From assembly GCA_051294905.1 (NCBI GenBank), contig CM119377.1:10168001-10232000 (forward strand): a stretch of DNA of 64,000 nucleotides. Direction: 5' to 3'. Position 1 is the stretch's first letter; every line of letters starts with the position of its first letter. The stretch comes from Botryllus schlosseri (taxonomy: Eukaryota). A program made the position numbers and the translations under genes. Shown here piece by piece: positions 61,288 through 64,000 of the stretch. The notes below the pieces were generated by a model. It ran no database searches and had not been told where the DNA came from. It saw only the letters and a program-made list of their open reading frames with translations.

Positions 61288-62660
61288 GCCCGCCACTCTC
61301 GTATCAATACACTGCACTGACTGCTAGTTGATATCGTCTCATTCGATTGGTAATAGCTCGCCAAAGAATTCTAACCCGTTATTGACAAATCGGAAATTTT
61401 AATCTGCGTCTACACTTTACATTGGAGACAGAATACGACTTGATAATGCAGGAAGTGAAGAGATTAAATTCCTGTCAATACAACTGGTTAATATCGCTGA
61501 GAGAATCACGAAAGTGAGAGTTCGTGAGCGTTTTCGACTCCACAACATTGCGCGTGAAGAGCGATGATATGAAATTTTAGAAATTAGCATGTGAACGATT
61601 GTACGTCAATAGCGAGGTTGGCAGCACCTCGTCCACGCAAATGAACATGCTAGCACCCGTTTCTAGTTTTGATCAAGTATAATAATGGCTGGCTATAATC
61701 GGGTAGTCGGTAACGAAATTCTACTCTTCGGAATACTTGAGTACTCAAGCCTACTTGTAATTGTTAAGTTACCATCATTTTAAACTACTTCCAACTAACT
61801 TCGGTAGTTTTTCAACCCAAACTACGTATTTTTTGTTATTGAGTTTTATTGACTTCTGGGAACTATTCGCACGAATTTTGTCACGGAAATACACATAAAA
61901 ACATCCGCTCATTGATAACAACTGATAATTTCGAAAATAAATTCACCTGTTCATGGCAGGAGTTGTCATTCTATGTTTGCCAGTAAAACCAGCAGAAGAC
62001 CGTGAAATGTCATCGCAATCTAATTCCTCGAGTGCTTTGGAATCATTTATTTTCCACTTCAAGTAGTACTGGCACGTCTTGGAAACAGCTAATATTACTT
62101 GTACTGAAGCAAGCTATCGTCAACGACTTCTCGACTACCTCTGGCAACAATACGAAATTCCGTCTACACATGTAATGTGGGACGTGGGTCCGTGGGTGTA
62201 TAATGACAGTTGACCTCACGTCATATCAATCGTTCCCAGTTTGATACCAAGTCCTGTACCTGAATTGTTTTGTATAGCCGTGTGTGAATTGTGTATCGCA
62301 GTTGGATGAAACTAAGCCTCTATCTTCATACACTTCAACTCTTTCTTCAAACAAGCGCTTTTGACCGCCTTGCTACCCGATATACTATAATATTCGTGGG
62401 AATTAAATGATAGAATTTCCATGGTCATTCAGATCACAAGCCAATGACAATAGATCACCAAAGATTTACCCCTTCTAAACAACATTCAACTGCAAAGACT
62501 CCAACCAAACATCCTCATACGTCATAACATTTTTGAAACAGTCACAAGTTTACTACCAGATAGCATGCAAAAAAACACTGACAATTTCGCCGCATTTCCT
62601 ACAAAGTACAAAACCGGAAACAGACACACGGATCGCATCTTCACCGACACAAGTATGCAT

Positions 62661-64000
62661 TCAATCGGCACCTTCTCCCGGGGATCTCACGTCATCAATC
62701 TTCAAAATCATACGCACAAGCTGTGTAGCTAGAGAGATCTGTTGCTTCTTGCCCATGAGCGTTTCAAGAACGTGCTGCTCTTTCATGTCGCAGGTGCCTT
62801 TGTTCAAGCAGTCGATTCCGAGATTAGAATTTCCTTCGTTGACTTGCCTCGAACGGACTGCGGATAAGGTCTGAATCGGATTGAGGCCACTGTTTTCAGC
62901 CAGAGCCAAGGGAACGGTTTCCAAGGCTTGAGCGTAAGAACGCATAGCATACTGCTCCAAAGTCGGATTTAATTCGGCCTCTTTTGAAACAGAGATAGCA
63001 CATGCAATTTCACATGCACCACCACCGTACACAACTCTGTTATCGCGGACCAAGTTACGAATAACACACAGAGCATCGTGGATAGAGCGTTTCGCCTCTT
63101 CGCATATCATTTTGTTACCTCCCCTCAAAAAGATGGTGACGGCCTTTGTGTTCTTGCATTTCTCGATAACAAGCATTCTATCTTTCGTCGTTCCAAAAGA
63201 GATTTCACGGACAATACCGGCGTAACCTAATTTTTCCGGTGTCAACTCCGAAAACCTTGGAACGATTCGGCCACCTGTTGCGATAGCGATAAGTTCGATT
63301 TCCGGTCCACCGACCCATCGTACCGCAGGTAACTCGTTTTGAAGAAGCAGGTGATTAGCTTCATCGTCAAATCCCCATTGGCAAATTGCTATGCTCGCGC
63401 CGGTGTCTTTCACTTGCTTTACCATTTCTGCAAACTTTTCTTTTTCGTAAGTCTGCAACTTTTTATAATCTTCAACTGATGTAACGTCGAGCTTATGCTT
63501 GGTTTTAGGCTTTGGCGGTTCAAAGGGACATGTCAAGATTGCGAGTTTCGCATCTTTGATCACTTTCGGCATTTGAGGATGGCTCATATCTTTATCGACA
63601 AGGACGCCCCTGATTAGCTGACTGTCCTCTAATTTACCACCGTTCTTCGATTCAACTTTGATTAATTCAAAGTCCACGTCTTTACGGTCGAAGTCCGCGA
63701 CAGCCATAACTGCATCGACTGCGATTTTTGCGAATTGCCTGTGACATTTATTGACGATTTTTGATCCAAGAGTCGTCATGGCTACTTCAACCAAATTTTC
63801 ACAGTCCTTGGGATCGACTTGGAAAACATCTGCAATTTCATCAAGTTTTTTCAAAGCAACATGCATGGCAGCTTCATAGCCATCAGCAACTCGTATAGGG
63901 TGGATTCCACGGTCGAGAAGTTGCTCCGCTTGTTCTAACAGAGCACCGGCCAACACCACAACGCCAGTGGTACCATCTCCAATCTCATCATCTTGAGATT
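62661..64000 (-). CDS. CCT5: T-complex protein 1 subunit epsilon, 3' part (5' end beyond the window)
   Basis: [34 protein letters not shown]...[25 protein letters not shown]...[14 protein letters not shown]...[20 protein letters not shown]. Frame is open to the window edge. Confidence 0.97.
   Translation of the reverse strand, partial: SQDDEIGDGTTGVVVLAGALLEQAEQLLDRGIHPIRVADGYEAAMHVALKKLDEIADVFQVDPKDCENLVEVAMTTLGSKIVNKCHRQFAKIAVDAVMAVADFDRKDVDFELIKVESKNGGKLEDSQLIRGVLVDKDMSHPQMPKVIKDAKLAILTCPFEPPKPKTKHKLDVTSVEDYKKLQTYEKEKFAEMVKQVKDTGASIAICQWGFDDEANHLLLQNELPAVRWVGGPEIELIAIATGGRIVPRFSELTPEKLGYAGIVREISFGTTKDRMLVIEKCKNTKAVTIFLRGGNKMICEEAKRSIHDALCVIRNLVRDNRVVYGGGACEIACAISVSKEAELNPTLEQYAMRSYAQALETVPLALAENSGLNPIQTLSAVRSRQVNEGNSNLGIDCLNKGTCDMKEQHVLETLMGKKQQISLATQLVRMILKIDDVRSPGEGAD

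Overview
Eukaryotic (metazoan invertebrate) genomic DNA, roughly 40% GC, with spliceosomal introns, many only 49-64 nt long. A tunicate origin is plausible but cannot be established from the sequence. The left half (1-31 kb) is a JAK/STAT feedback locus: two tandem, same-strand SOCS2/CISH-like genes (SH2 + SOCS box) share a phase-2 intron and carry dense clusters of STAT-type TTCN3GAA sites. A possible long N-terminal extension of the first gene lies 16.6 kb upstream. At 31.7-37.1 kb is a nested transposon stack: hAT MITE > hAT element > (hAT MITE + Penelope-like retroelement with a minimal hammerhead ribozyme), plus two further hAT elements. The right half is gene-dense: an orphan single-exon LamG-like type I membrane protein, SPAG1 (7 coding exons), PSMD11/Rpn6 (12 coding exons, minus strand), an STMP1-like 53-aa microprotein missed by the ORF track, a GhrA-like D-2-hydroxyacid dehydrogenase (2 exons, nested transposons in the intron), and the 3' part of CCT5 running off the window edge. 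No rRNA, tRNA or CRISPR array is supported. All gene models were built by hand from splice signals, reading-frame phase and recalled protein homology; no database search was run.
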